A DNA stretch of 64,000 nucleotides, taken from contig JABHSK010000002.1 in NCBI GenBank assembly GCA_018669975.1, forward strand, positions 73,293 to 137,292, given 5' to 3'. Shown here piece after piece: positions 16,988-26,951 of the stretch; positions within the stretch are counted from its first letter, which is position 1, and each line of letters starts with the position of its first letter. The position numbers were made by a program, and so were the translations under genes. The stretch comes from Candidatus Parcubacteria bacterium (GTDB taxonomy: Bacteria > Patescibacteriota > Patescibacteriia > UBA1558 > GWA2-36-10). The notes below the pieces were generated by a model. It had not been told where the DNA came from and searched no databases. It saw only the letters and a program-made list of their open reading frames with translations.

Positions 16988-17139
16988 TTTTTTGCTGTGT
17001 TTAAAATTGGCCAAAAACGTCTCAGATTAATGAGGCGTTTTTGTTTCTCATAAAATGCTTTAGTCAGTAAAGACCCAATAATATTCATGCTCTACCTGGA
17101 TAACCTAGGTAGAAAACCATACCCTCAGGAGGTAAAATC

Positions 17140-17862
17140 ATGAAGCGTTTCTTTATCCTCACCCTAGTCCTCGTCACCAGCATCGTCTTTGTTGGTTGCG
17201 ATCAGAGTGATCCGATCAGTGTGACTGTCCCTGACCTTGACGAAACTGGCCCGTCTATCACTGCTGACGAAGTTCATACTGAATTCCTGACTGAGCTTTA
17301 TGCTAATCAGGATTTTGCCAAGATGAACAAGTCGGCTCAGTCCCATGATGCTACCAGGGCTGCCAATGATATTTTGGCTCGCTATGGCGAGGCTCCGATG
17401 ACCGAAAAGCAGGTCGCTGATGCTATTGAAGAAGGTCGTCGTATGGCCAAGATGGATCCCGAAGCACTGATCGCTAGCATCCTTGATGCTGACGACCTTG
17501 TCTGGTGGCACCGCTTTGCTGATGAAGCTACCGCTCAGAATTGCCGCCAGATCTACACGGCTCACTGCCGTAGCTATGGTGCTCCCGTTGCTGGTAGCAC
17601 TCTCGATACCATGATTGGCGTGGCTATGTCTTCAGGTGAATTCTGGGGCGAATATCGCAAGAATGACATGCCTCGCTATCACAATCCCTATGTGCCCCAG
17701 CAGGGCGAAAAGGGTTGGAGAGGATTCTTCCGCTTTGTCGTGGCTGTGGCTGTTGACGGTGGCGCCGGTGCTGCTTCGGCTGCCGGTGGACCGATTGTTT
17801 CGGGTGTTGTTGGTGGTCTGGCCAGCACTGGTGCTGATCATATCATCTTTGGTGGTGACTGA
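17140..17862 (+). CDS. lipoprotein with Gly-rich C-terminal tail (GC-richer, likely horizontally acquired)
   Basis: Lipobox LVTSIVFVGC. C-terminal GGAGAASAAGGPIVSGVVGGLASTGADHIIFGGD. Strong GGAGG Shine-Dalgarno. Codon composition visibly GC-richer than the flanks. Confidence 0.5.
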   Translation: MKRFFILTLVLVTSIVFVGCDQSDPISVTVPDLDETGPSITADEVHTEFLTELYANQDFAKMNKSAQSHDATRAANDILARYGEAPMTEKQVADAIEEGRRMAKMDPEALIASILDADDLVWWHRFADEATAQNCRQIYTAHCRSYGAPVAGSTLDTMIGVAMSSGEFWGEYRKNDMPRYHNPYVPQQGEKGWRGFFRFVVAVAVDGGAGAASAAGGPIVSGVVGGLASTGADHIIFGGD

Positions 17863-17923
17863 AATTAGTATCACCAAAAAAACAACCCCCAAAACTACTA
17901 GTCACTTTCATTGGAGGTAAAAA

Positions 17924-18133
17924 ATGCCAAACCCTGTTCTTTACATCGTCTTTAGTGTTTTGGGTGCCACCATTGGGCACCTGATACTAAAGAAAGATAA
18001 AATTTCTACTGGCCTGGGCATTGGCATAGGCCTATCGATTGGCTTTGCCATCACCCAAGCAAGTCTTTGGTATCTCTTAGGTGTTCCGACCTTCGGCTTC
18101 TTCCTGCTTCAACGCAGGAATAAAGCCAAGTAA
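17924..18133 (+). CDS. small two-TM membrane protein
   Basis: 69 aa with two hydrophobic helices and a GGAGG Shine-Dalgarno. Same GC-richer module as the lipoprotein. Confidence 0.4.
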   Translation: MPNPVLYIVFSVLGATIGHLILKKDKISTGLGIGIGLSIGFAITQASLWYLLGVPTFGFFLLQRRNKAK

Positions 18134-18140
18134 CGAACAA

Positions 18141-18176
18141 CCCCATCCCGACAAAGGGATGGGGCTTTTTATTTTT
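18141..18176 (+). terminator. rho-independent terminator
   Basis: ccccatccc-gacaaa-gggatgggg followed by cttttttatttttt. Confidence 0.65.
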
Positions 18177-18192
18177 TATAATTTAAAAATAT

Positions 18193-18957
18193 TTAGTGAC
18201 CATGCGGCACAACCTGCACCACTAGATACATCAACGCCGCTCCTATTATCAGCCAAATAGAGTGTATTAGAATCTTCTTGGGATTTTCCTCATGGTGCAA
18301 CTCTGGAATCAAATCAGCTGTAGCTAGATAAATAAAATTTCCAGCCGCAAAAGCAACTACCAGTGGAATAATATGCGCAAAGTTATTACCAAAACCATAA
18401 AATAACAAAGCGCCCATTACAGCTACCAATGCTGTCAACAAATTATAAACAATAGCTTTAGCCTTTGATAGTCCAGCATAAAGTAAAACTCCAAAATCAG
18501 ATATCTCCTGTGGTATTTCATGAAGCAACACAGCTACGGTTACTGTTAGGCCGGCATGAAAATCCAACATAAAAGCTGAAGCAATTAATGCACCGTCTAC
18601 AAAATTATGAATACCGTCACCAATCAAATTAATAACTGCTAATTTTTTCTTATTTTCAACAGATGGCTTCCCATGCTCCTCACAATGACAATGATGCCAG
18701 TGCACAATCCTTTCCAAAAGAAAGAAAAATATTATACTAACTAATACCACCGTCAAAGTAATTCGTACGTCAAATTGACTTTCCTCTATAGCTTCTGGTA
18801 ATAAATCTAGGAAAGCTACTGCCAATAGAGAGCCTGCCGCTAAGCTAATTAATGCCCTAAGAAAGCTACGTTTATTTTCTTTTTTAAATATTAACAACAC
18901 GCCAATAAGGGATATTAGACTGACCAATAGTGTTGCTAAAATTATATTTATTAACAT
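18193..18957 (-). CDS. ZIP-family zinc/metal transporter (ZupT-like)
   Basis: HNFVDGALIA and HEIPQEISDFGVLL motifs. 8 TM helices and a His-rich loop HWHHCHCEEHG. Confidence 0.85.
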   Translation of the reverse strand: MLINIILATLLVSLISLIGVLLIFKKENKRSFLRALISLAAGSLLAVAFLDLLPEAIEESQFDVRITLTVVLVSIIFFFLLERIVHWHHCHCEEHGKPSVENKKKLAVINLIGDGIHNFVDGALIASAFMLDFHAGLTVTVAVLLHEIPQEISDFGVLLYAGLSKAKAIVYNLLTALVAVMGALLFYGFGNNFAHIIPLVVAFAAGNFIYLATADLIPELHHEENPKKILIHSIWLIIGAALMYLVVQVVPHGH

Positions 18958-19274
18958 AAATGGTTCTTTTTAATTATTCTGAAAAATAAAAACATTTCTA
19001 TTATAACAGAGAACTACCAGACAAGGCTAGTTTTTTCAATTGACCAATATACAAAATATCATTATAATAAACATATATAATAATCAGCACTAAATTAAAA
19101 AACTATGACCGTTCATAAAAAGTTGATGAAGTCTTACAAGTGGTATCGTGCTTGGCATCAAAAACCTTGTTCAGGATATGTACATATTTCAATCCTGATG
19201 TTAGTTTTCTCCTACAATTTATATCTATTAGTAGAGATTTTTAAATACGCTCAAGAACTCTAAAATAAAAACAT

Positions 19275-20456
19275 ATGAAAAATAATACTAAATTAGGTTT
19301 TACACTCGTCGAGCTCCTAGTAGTTATAGCCATCATGGGCGTTCTAGCATCCATATCTTTTGTTGCTTTAAATACAGTTAGAGACAAAGCAAATGATGCC
19401 CATAGAATTTCTGAACTAACTCAAATGAGAAAAGCACTAGAAATATACTATCAAGCGCATGGTTACTATCCACAATTTTCAACTCCTAGTTGGGGCACCT
19501 CCAAACCCTTTGACGATTGGGAGATTGCACGAAACTGGGGTGATATTATTGACACACTGCATGGCGAAGGTATTTTTCTAGAAACTGCTGAGTTAGATAA
19601 TTCTGGATACAATATGGCTGTTCAAGACCCTCTTTATGATCCAACTAGTCATGCAAATTCCTACCAATATATGCCTTCGGGTGACCATGCAGATCCAACT
19701 CCAGATTCTAAACCACAAAATTTTCGTATCAGAGTTAAGCTAGAAAATTTAAATAACCCAATATTAGACAATAGTTATGATGGTCCATTTTTCTACTATG
19801 ATGAAGATCATGAGGGCTCATATAATAACCAACTTAATTCCTGCACATCAGACTTAGGATACTGGTGCATAGGTCCTCCGGAAAACTTTGAAACTTTTGT
19901 TTCAGGAAAACCCGTCATCTATCTTTATCCAACTGAAAAAACAGCCGTGTCTGTTGAAGTTAATACTAAGAAAATAACTGAATCAATACCAGATTATAAT
20001 GGTGGTTGGAATGTCACAGCTTACCCAGATGGCACTATTGAAAATTCAGTTGACGGACAAACTTACCCTTATTTATTCTGGGAAGGCCCATCCTACAAGC
20101 CGCGGGTAGATAGAACCAAGGGTTTTGTCATAGCCACAAATCAAGTAGAATCATTCTTGGCTGAAAAACTAGGTGCTCAAGGTTTAAAGGCAAAAGAATA
20201 CGATGAGTTTATAGAGTTTTGGGCTCCTCGCATGAAGAACAAGGATTATGTCTATGTTTATTTCATGCCGCAAGTAGATTATGATAAATTAATCCCAATG
20301 GACATTTCCCCTCAGCCAGACACTGTAATTAGAACTTATATGTTATTCAAATCTTTAGATGAGCCTATTGATGTCGCTCCGCAAAAACTATCTGCGCCAG
20401 AGAGAATTGGCTTTACTGTAGTAGAATGGGGTGGAGATCTCAAAGAATTAAAATAA
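19275..20456 (+). CDS. type IV pilin-like / pseudopilin protein with prepilin N-terminal methylation motif
   Basis: KLGFTLVELLVVIAIMGVLASI (G/FTLxE class-III signal) plus a large C-terminal globular domain. Confidence 0.7.
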   Translation: MKNNTKLGFTLVELLVVIAIMGVLASISFVALNTVRDKANDAHRISELTQMRKALEIYYQAHGYYPQFSTPSWGTSKPFDDWEIARNWGDIIDTLHGEGIFLETAELDNSGYNMAVQDPLYDPTSHANSYQYMPSGDHADPTPDSKPQNFRIRVKLENLNNPILDNSYDGPFFYYDEDHEGSYNNQLNSCTSDLGYWCIGPPENFETFVSGKPVIYLYPTEKTAVSVEVNTKKITESIPDYNGGWNVTAYPDGTIENSVDGQTYPYLFWEGPSYKPRVDRTKGFVIATNQVESFLAEKLGAQGLKAKEYDEFIEFWAPRMKNKDYVYVYFMPQVDYDKLIPMDISPQPDTVIRTYMLFKSLDEPIDVAPQKLSAPERIGFTVVEWGGDLKELK

Positions 20457-20469
20457 ATAATACTCTAAC

Positions 20470-20506
20470 TAAAAAAGACGGCTGCTCAGCTGTCTTTTTT
20501 TATATC
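20470..20506 (+). terminator. terminator-like hairpin with T-run
   Basis: aagacggctgctcagctgtcttttttt after the pilin-like gene stop. Confidence 0.45.
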
Positions 20507-20520
20507 TATAAAACTTCTAA

Positions 20521-20787
20521 TTATTTATGAGAAACCACCAACCAACCAGATAAAAGAAAAAAGAAAAAAATAAACATAACTATAATCATCGCTACTTTAA
20601 CTCCCGGATTTTTACTATGAGGAATAACTAATTCTGTAACACCAATAGACATAAGACCGATGCCTAATACAGCCGTAAAAAATGTCACAATACCTCCCAA
20701 GCCATACTGTGTTAATAATATCATAATCAAAAACAGGTTGGCTCCAAATAATAATATTCCTATAGAGGCTATCTTTTGATTACTCAT
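20521..20787 (-). CDS. small membrane protein
   Basis: 88 aa with three hydrophobic helices. Confidence 0.35.
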   Translation of the reverse strand: MSNQKIASIGILLFGANLFLIMILLTQYGLGGIVTFFTAVLGIGLMSIGVTELVIPHSKNPGVKVAMIIVMFIFFFFLLSGWLVVSHK

Positions 20788-20807
20788 AAACGTATTTTAA
20801 TGATTAC

Positions 20808-21524
20808 CTATTTCTTTACCTGGGCTTTAACAATCATGGAACCTCCTAGGGATGGAAATAATTTTGCCAACACCCGACTCTTTAAAAATAATTTTCCTAT
20901 ATCCGCTACCACATAGTTTGCTTTAAAGGCTTTTATTTTATAACCTGTCTGATGCAATGAATCTTTTAGAGAACTAAAAGTAAACGGTCTAATGTGTAGA
21001 TATAAAATTTCATGCATAGGATTTGTATGTCGTGGTGCCTTACCAAATAAAAATTTTACCCTATCATCAATCCTAGCTAAATTTGGAGTAGTAAGTATTA
21101 AAAATCCACCTGGCTTTAAAACTCTTTTAATCTCCAATAGAAAAGCCCTGGCATCTATGACGTGTTCTATCACCTCACCTGCAAACACAAAATCAAAACT
21201 ATTCTTAGTATAAGGCAATTTCTTGGTCACATCCCCTACTTTCATATTTATTCCTCTAGCTGTAGCTTTTTTTGCGCAAGCACTAGAAGCTTCTAAACCA
21301 TGGACTGATACTCCTGTTTGTTTTTTTATGTCTTTCTCAATAATACCCGTAGAACAACCCAGGCTTAATAAGTTTAAATCTTTTTTATTAACACTTTTAC
21401 TTACTTCTTCTTTTATTAAATCAATAGCAATAGCAATACGCTTAACATGATAATCCTTCTTCAAATATTCCATGCCGGAATCATCACTATACTCTGATTT
21501 ATTTAATTTAAAAATATCACTCAT
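20808..21524 (-). CDS. class I SAM-dependent methyltransferase
   Basis: LLSLGCSTGI (motif I) and LKPGGFLILTTPN (motif post-II). Confidence 0.75.
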   Translation of the reverse strand: MSDIFKLNKSEYSDDSGMEYLKKDYHVKRIAIAIDLIKEEVSKSVNKKDLNLLSLGCSTGIIEKDIKKQTGVSVHGLEASSACAKKATARGINMKVGDVTKKLPYTKNSFDFVFAGEVIEHVIDARAFLLEIKRVLKPGGFLILTTPNLARIDDRVKFLFGKAPRHTNPMHEILYLHIRPFTFSSLKDSLHQTGYKIKAFKANYVVADIGKLFLKSRVLAKLFPSLGGSMIVKAQVKK

Positions 21525-21566
21525 TTATAAATTACTATTTTTTTAAATAATATATTTTCATTATAA

Positions 21567-21597
21567 CAAAAAACCATTCCTTTTGGAATGGTTTTTT
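21567..21597. repeat. array element copy 1 (hairpin-only form)
   Basis: aaaaaaccattccttttggaatggtttttt (stem ccattcc/ggaatgg). Acts as a bidirectional terminator. Confidence 0.55.
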
Positions 21598-21619
21598 GTT
21601 ACTTATACATATTTATTGA

Positions 21620-23554
21620 TTATTGAGGTACAAAATCCTCAGTTGGTCGGATGTCTATATACTTGCTTGGTGGGCAAGTAGCCCTATTTAAAAGTAAACT
21701 ATCGTGATATGGCTTACCATTTCGATCGTAGAAATAAGCTTTACTATTATTCCCCTCTCCCCATCCTGGCACCAAAGTAGGCGGCACGCAAAGGTTATAA
21801 TATCTACTCCCATCAGCTGTAATAGAAATATTTCTATAAGGAAGATTAAATATCTCTATTGGACCTGCGTTTAAAAGCATAGCTAAAGGAGACTTTATAT
21901 TGTCTCCACTTATTGGATTTAAATCTGAATAAACATTGTCTGTTAAATTTAATACTCCTATATGTTCCATATGTTGAAAATCAGCCTCGAAGACAGCATC
22001 AACAGAATAATTCAGAATACCTGGCTCTACATCTAAATCTCGATCTAACTCTGCGGCACTTATATTTTGTACGTCCAGTGCCCTAGCTAATATATCATCA
22101 CAATCCTGTGGTATAGCTCTACGCATCAACAAACTATCATAATATGGTGTACCATTGTTATCATAAAAATATAACTTGCGCTCATAGGGAGGTAGGTCTC
22201 TAACAGGAATGACTGTTTTTGGCACACAAATGGTATGACTATTGCCATCAATATCAGAAATGTTAACTATACGTGCTGGTACAGTTTTTTGTTCCTGTTG
22301 AGCATCCACATGATCCACTTCTATAACTAAAGGGGCTTTCTTACCAATATCACCATATCCTGAGCCAAGATTAAAATAATTTCCTCCTAAATCCAGGGTT
22401 CCATAATAGGTCCAATAGGTATTAAAGTCCACCAAGAACTTGATCTCTGGTGCATAATGAGGAAAGTCTCGCACTGTCAAATTAGCGTTAGCATCACCAA
22501 TATCCTCAATATCTAGAGCCCTATCTAAAACAGTATTACAATCCACTGCCAATGCTCTTTGTGTCAATAAAGTATCGTGATAAGGTGTGCCGTTTTTATC
22601 ATAAAAATAGATCACTGGCTCAGGATAGAGCAGAGAATGCCCCATTAATTCGGTGGCTGGTAAACAAATATTATATTCTTGGCCTTCAAAATCAGAAATA
22701 TTAATTATCCTAGCTGGCACAGTTGTACTCTCATTCATTGACCCACCTGAAATACTCACTGCTAAAGGAGAGGTTATATTATTAGGCATGCCATTGCCAC
22801 CACCAAAATTATTTATACTCATATCTAAAAAACCAAAATCATGTGTATAATCCTGAAAGTCTGTATGAAACTTTGCATGAATTTGATGGTTGGTCTCCAC
22901 CATAGTAACTAAATTAACTACGGCTGAACTAATCTCCTCTATGTCTAGAGAATTTGCTAAAATTTCATCACAATTTTTAGATAGTACTCTTTGACCAAGC
23001 AACGCATCATAATAAGGATTTCCCTCAACATCATAATAATAAGAAAAGCTATCATTTGGCCAATCATTTGGCCCTGCAGTTTCAGTAGTTGGCATACACA
23101 AATTATATTCCTGGCCCTCTAGACTAGAAATATGAATAATACGTGATGGAATAGTCTGAAGCCCAGAAGCAGAATGGCTCAATTTTACTTGTAATGGGCT
23201 AGTACTAGAAGTGTATACTGGGCTACCTTGATGATAATAATTTGTTTCTATATCTAACCTTCCTAAATTAGTATCATCTATTATAAATTCTGCGCTAGGC
23301 CTAATCTGACCCTCCCAGTAAGCCATGCTAACCTTGGCATCACCAATATCTTCAACCATTAAAGGTGTAGGAACAACCCTAGGTAAAGGTACAAAGTTTC
23401 TACTTTTAGTAATCCTCATGGGCTTTTTTACCATACCCATAGCCAGGCCGGCAAAATTAAGCCCTAACATAAAAGCAGATATCATCATTATACCGATGAC
23501 TACTTTTTGCGCAGTGGCCACTTGTCCTTTGACCTTTGTTTTTGCTTTTTTCAT
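21620..23554 (-). CDS. membrane-anchored secreted protein with four tandem ~130-aa Cys-pair repeats
   Basis: N-terminal TM anchor, then four repeats of (I/V)P(A/S)RI(I/V)NIS-EGQEYN(L/I)C-P-TE ... YFYD-NG-PY(Y/H)D(S/T)LL-(Q/R)RA...CD-(I/V)L-RALD(I/V)(E/Q)(D/N)I. Confidence 0.55.
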   Translation of the reverse strand: MKKAKTKVKGQVATAQKVVIGIMMISAFMLGLNFAGLAMGMVKKPMRITKSRNFVPLPRVVPTPLMVEDIGDAKVSMAYWEGQIRPSAEFIIDDTNLGRLDIETNYYHQGSPVYTSSTSPLQVKLSHSASGLQTIPSRIIHISSLEGQEYNLCMPTTETAGPNDWPNDSFSYYYDVEGNPYYDALLGQRVLSKNCDEILANSLDIEEISSAVVNLVTMVETNHQIHAKFHTDFQDYTHDFGFLDMSINNFGGGNGMPNNITSPLAVSISGGSMNESTTVPARIINISDFEGQEYNICLPATELMGHSLLYPEPVIYFYDKNGTPYHDTLLTQRALAVDCNTVLDRALDIEDIGDANANLTVRDFPHYAPEIKFLVDFNTYWTYYGTLDLGGNYFNLGSGYGDIGKKAPLVIEVDHVDAQQEQKTVPARIVNISDIDGNSHTICVPKTVIPVRDLPPYERKLYFYDNNGTPYYDSLLMRRAIPQDCDDILARALDVQNISAAELDRDLDVEPGILNYSVDAVFEADFQHMEHIGVLNLTDNVYSDLNPISGDNIKSPLAMLLNAGPIEIFNLPYRNISITADGSRYYNLCVPPTLVPGWGEGNNSKAYFYDRNGKPYHDSLLLNRATCPPSKYIDIRPTEDFVPQ

Positions 23555-23644
23555 AGTTATTAAATTTTTAAGAATTTATTTTATATAAAAATATTATACC
23601 ACAAATAAATATATTTTGAAAATATAAATTTTTTTTAATCAAAA

Positions 23645-23668
23645 AACCTACCTTTTCGGTAGGTGGTA
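23645..23668. repeat. array element copy 2 (variant hairpin cctacc/ggtagg)
   Basis: aaaaaacctaccttttcggtaggtgg. Terminator for the GH3 gene. Confidence 0.45.
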
Positions 23669-23689
23669 AATTTATTATAATGGTTTGTC

Positions 23690-24820
23690 TCAAATTTCTT
23701 TCTTTAATTTCAATATTTTTAATACACTGGCATCAATCTGCTCCATACTTATCTCTCCATCATTTACAGCTTGGATAATCGCATTATATGCCTCAGCTTG
23801 TTTTTCTGGTGTACTAGTATACAGCAAAATGTCATTGCCAGCCTGTATAGCTTTTACCGCTGCCTCAACATTTGAATAATTATTAATCAAAGCGCCCATT
23901 TCCATATCATCAGTAATAACAACGCCATTATAACCAAGTTGATCTTTTAAAATATCTTGAATAAAAACTTTTGACAGGCTACTTGGATTACCCTTGTCTA
24001 TATTTTCATATACTATATGACCAACCATAATCATCTTTGGCTCACTCTCTCTTATTACATCCTTAAATGGTTGTAAGCTATTACCTAACTCTGTTTTAGT
24101 AATGTAGACCGTAGGTAAATCTTGATGGGAATCAATAGAGCCATTGTCATGCCCAGGAAAATGTTTTGGTACAGCAATAATATCATTATCTTGATAACCA
24201 GTTACCATTGACTGAGCTAACACAGAAATATGCTCTAAACTACCCCTGAAAACCCTGTTATATAAAAATGAATTAAAATTATCTATAATATCAAGCACGG
24301 GAGAATAATTTACATTTATACCCAAAGCCTTGAGCTCTTTGGCTCTAGCTACCGCTGTTGCATATGCCTGTTCTTCGCTATCAATCTCTGCCTGAGGGGT
24401 AAATTCTTCTACTCCCTTTATCTTTAGTCTAGAAACTACTCCACCCTCTTGGTCAACTGAAACAAATAAAGGAATACCTGGGTTAGTCTCCAGTGACATT
24501 TCTTGCAAGGTATCTATTAGTTCTTTTGTCTGCCCTTGATTAACAAAATTATACTTCATCAATATCACACCACCAATATTTCTTTGATTAATCATCTTAG
24601 AAATATAATAATCAGGTTTGGGGCCCCAAAAACCAACCATCAACATCTGACCAACTTTATCCTCTAGTGTCATGTTTTCCAACATCTGCCCTGGATCTAA
24701 GGTAGCCAATGTATTCACATCTTCAGTGGCTTGATCATTAACCTGTCTATCTCCAGTTACTAAAAAATAAACCAACCCCAAAGCAACTAAAATGATAAGT
24801 ATTAAAATTAACTTTTTCAT
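23690..24820 (-). CDS. glycoside hydrolase family 3 beta-N-acetylhexosaminidase-like (NagZ-like)
   Basis: KHFPGHDNGSIDSHQDLP signature plus an N-terminal signal anchor. Confidence 0.75.
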   Translation of the reverse strand: MKKLILILIILVALGLVYFLVTGDRQVNDQATEDVNTLATLDPGQMLENMTLEDKVGQMLMVGFWGPKPDYYISKMINQRNIGGVILMKYNFVNQGQTKELIDTLQEMSLETNPGIPLFVSVDQEGGVVSRLKIKGVEEFTPQAEIDSEEQAYATAVARAKELKALGINVNYSPVLDIIDNFNSFLYNRVFRGSLEHISVLAQSMVTGYQDNDIIAVPKHFPGHDNGSIDSHQDLPTVYITKTELGNSLQPFKDVIRESEPKMIMVGHIVYENIDKGNPSSLSKVFIQDILKDQLGYNGVVITDDMEMGALINNYSNVEAAVKAIQAGNDILLYTSTPEKQAEAYNAIIQAVNDGEISMEQIDASVLKILKLKKEI

Positions 24821-24829
24821 ACTTTTATA

Positions 24830-25393
24830 TTAAGAAATGTTATGACTAATAAACCTAAATATTATCCAAAATGAATATATACCAAAAATTCCAAAAACTA
24901 CAAATTTACTAAAAAAGTTTTTATTAGCTTTATTGGCAAAAAGAAAAGGCAACCAAGAAGTCAGTATAAATAAAAGAGCAGTGCCAATATAACTATTTTT
25001 TGCAGCTAATGAATGCCCAATGTCTATAAATATTCCCGATGCCCTATTCAAGGTATCCATTGAGTTAAAAAAGATCATTGCACCAAAACCTAAAGCAGTA
25101 GACACTAAGCCAAAATTTGCCAAATACGGTGCCCACTTTTGTTTTTGCGTTAAATCCCTCTTTAGATAAAATGTATATAGGAAAAAATAAAATAAAATAA
25201 GTATAGAAAATAATACTACAAATAATATTTGAATAGCATCTGTCTGGTCATATGATTCATCTACAAGCCTCAAAATCAAAAAATTCGGTATCAAATACGC
25301 TGTAACTATAACCATTATGACTACGAAAGAAAATAATACTCGCCGCCATAGTTTGGGCTGCTTCATTGGCATGATAGGCAACTCACTTTTCAT
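24830..25393 (-). CDS. polytopic membrane protein, hypothetical
   Basis: Five hydrophobic helices. Confidence 0.4.
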   Translation of the reverse strand: MKSELPIMPMKQPKLWRRVLFSFVVIMVIVTAYLIPNFLILRLVDESYDQTDAIQILFVVLFSILILFYFFLYTFYLKRDLTQKQKWAPYLANFGLVSTALGFGAMIFFNSMDTLNRASGIFIDIGHSLAAKNSYIGTALLFILTSWLPFLFANKANKNFFSKFVVFGIFGIYSFWIIFRFISHNIS

Positions 25394-25418
25394 AACTTTA
25401 TCTTTATTTTAAAAAAAT

Positions 25419-25763
25419 TTATATTTTTTGTTTACTTTTTTTAATTTTTTTTATAACCAAATAAGTAATACTATACAGCATTGTATAAACTACTGCGAAC
25501 ACAGCTGCAAACATACTAGCAATCAGTGGTGGTGTAGAACACCCCCCTCCCTGCATGGACATATACTTTTGCCCTTCTGGACAACTTGCAGAGCCCGCTA
25601 ATAAATACTCCTTCAAATCCATACCACAAGCCTCCATTAATTTCACCTCATCAGCTACAGGGTACCCACTAACACAAAGCATAGGCTGACTAAGCATAAT
25701 CATAAATGACAAAAACACAACTATTGCCAATAATATAAAATAGGTTTTACTAAAAAATTTCAT
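25419..25763 (-). CDS. small Cys-containing membrane protein
   Basis: Two TM helices flank a Cys-rich loop (CVSGY...CGMD...CPEGQ...GGCSTPP). Confidence 0.35.
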   Translation of the reverse strand: MKFFSKTYFILLAIVVFLSFMIMLSQPMLCVSGYPVADEVKLMEACGMDLKEYLLAGSASCPEGQKYMSMQGGGCSTPPLIASMFAAVFAVVYTMLYSITYLVIKKIKKSKQKI

Positions 25764-25772
25764 CGTTTTATA

Positions 25773-26876
25773 CTAAAAATCGTAATTATTATCTAAACTT
25801 TTTAAACATTTATTCCAACAAGATTCTGCATCTTCTTCATCATCACATTGATCACAACTAGCCTTAGGATACCAATATTCTCTTTCTGGAGAATAGTCTG
25901 GAGTCACCTCTTTTATCCTATTTACAATATCAGCAAGCTCCTGTGGGCAATCCACATAACAAATAACTCCTTTTAATTTTAAATTTTCTATGCTTTTTTC
26001 AACACCTTCTGGATAATAGCTATAAGTCATTGTATATACATTGTCTGCCATATCTTCTTCACCGATATCTTTATATTCATCAAATAATTCATCGTAATCT
26101 TCCAGGGCGATAAACAGGTCGTCATTATTCAAAATCATACCATACACCTCTTTATACTCCTCTTCTGAAATAATACTTCTGTTATAACGATCATTGTCTC
26201 CTAGCTTATACTGCAAAATTCCTGTATTCAAAAAATCAATTTCACCACCATCTAAAGACATTATATCTGATGTATTATAAAAACGGGTCATCACATGCTG
26301 TATGTCAGCTCCATCAACTAAATATGGCAATCTTTTACATACACCACTCTTACATCCATTTTCACAATCATATTCAATAAAACTATCTACGAAATAACCA
26401 CTGCCATCCCCCTCTTCAACACAAGTCATTTCTTTGACCTTTGACTTTCCTTCTACACTCATACACCTATCAGCAATCCGATGTGAAACGGCATTCTTGC
26501 TTATAAATTGAATATAACCATCTATATATTTATCGTCCTCGCCTTCAAAAGAATCACTATCAAAGCATGTCCCTGTTTTACATTCTCCGTCTCGCCACAT
26601 ACCGTCTGCTTCTACACAATTTTCTTGCATCCTTACTAGTCTGTCTTTTTCAAAATCACTTAATTCCACCCCCTGCTCTATACTGACAGCACCCCGATCT
26701 TTGTCTCCTGGTTTTGACAATTTATATTTTTTATATAAAGAAAACCCTGGACCTATTACTACTAAAACAAGAATAATAATACTAATTATTAATGCCCAAT
26801 TTTTTTTATCTTCGGCCAGCTCCTCATGTGACACTGGATTATACTCATGCTCCAAATTTTGATTTTTGTCTGCCAT
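25773..26876 (-). CDS. membrane-anchored Cys-rich extracellular protein
   Basis: TM anchor at residues 25-45 and more than 16 Cys in the ectodomain. Confidence 0.4.
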   Translation of the reverse strand: MADKNQNLEHEYNPVSHEELAEDKKNWALIISIIILVLVVIGPGFSLYKKYKLSKPGDKDRGAVSIEQGVELSDFEKDRLVRMQENCVEADGMWRDGECKTGTCFDSDSFEGEDDKYIDGYIQFISKNAVSHRIADRCMSVEGKSKVKEMTCVEEGDGSGYFVDSFIEYDCENGCKSGVCKRLPYLVDGADIQHVMTRFYNTSDIMSLDGGEIDFLNTGILQYKLGDNDRYNRSIISEEEYKEVYGMILNNDDLFIALEDYDELFDEYKDIGEEDMADNVYTMTYSYYPEGVEKSIENLKLKGVICYVDCPQELADIVNRIKEVTPDYSPEREYWYPKASCDQCDDEEDAESCWNKCLKSLDNNYDF

Positions 26877-26883
26877 ATTTTTA

Positions 26884-26938
26884 TTTTAATAACATGTTTA
26901 GTATACCAAAAAATCACTCCTAATGGAATGATCTTTTT
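26884..26938. repeat. array element copy 3
   Basis: ttttaataacatgtttagtataccaaaaaatcactcctaatggaatgatcttttt. Confidence 0.5.
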
Positions 26939-26951
26939 ATAATGAAATAAA

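Noticed and set aside
17164-17920. ORFs 17164..17565(-), 17615..17920(+), 17632..17892(-) in the GC-rich lipoprotein region
   Set aside because: GC-rich DNA yields long spurious ORFs in several frames. Only the lipobox frame has an SD and a signal peptide.
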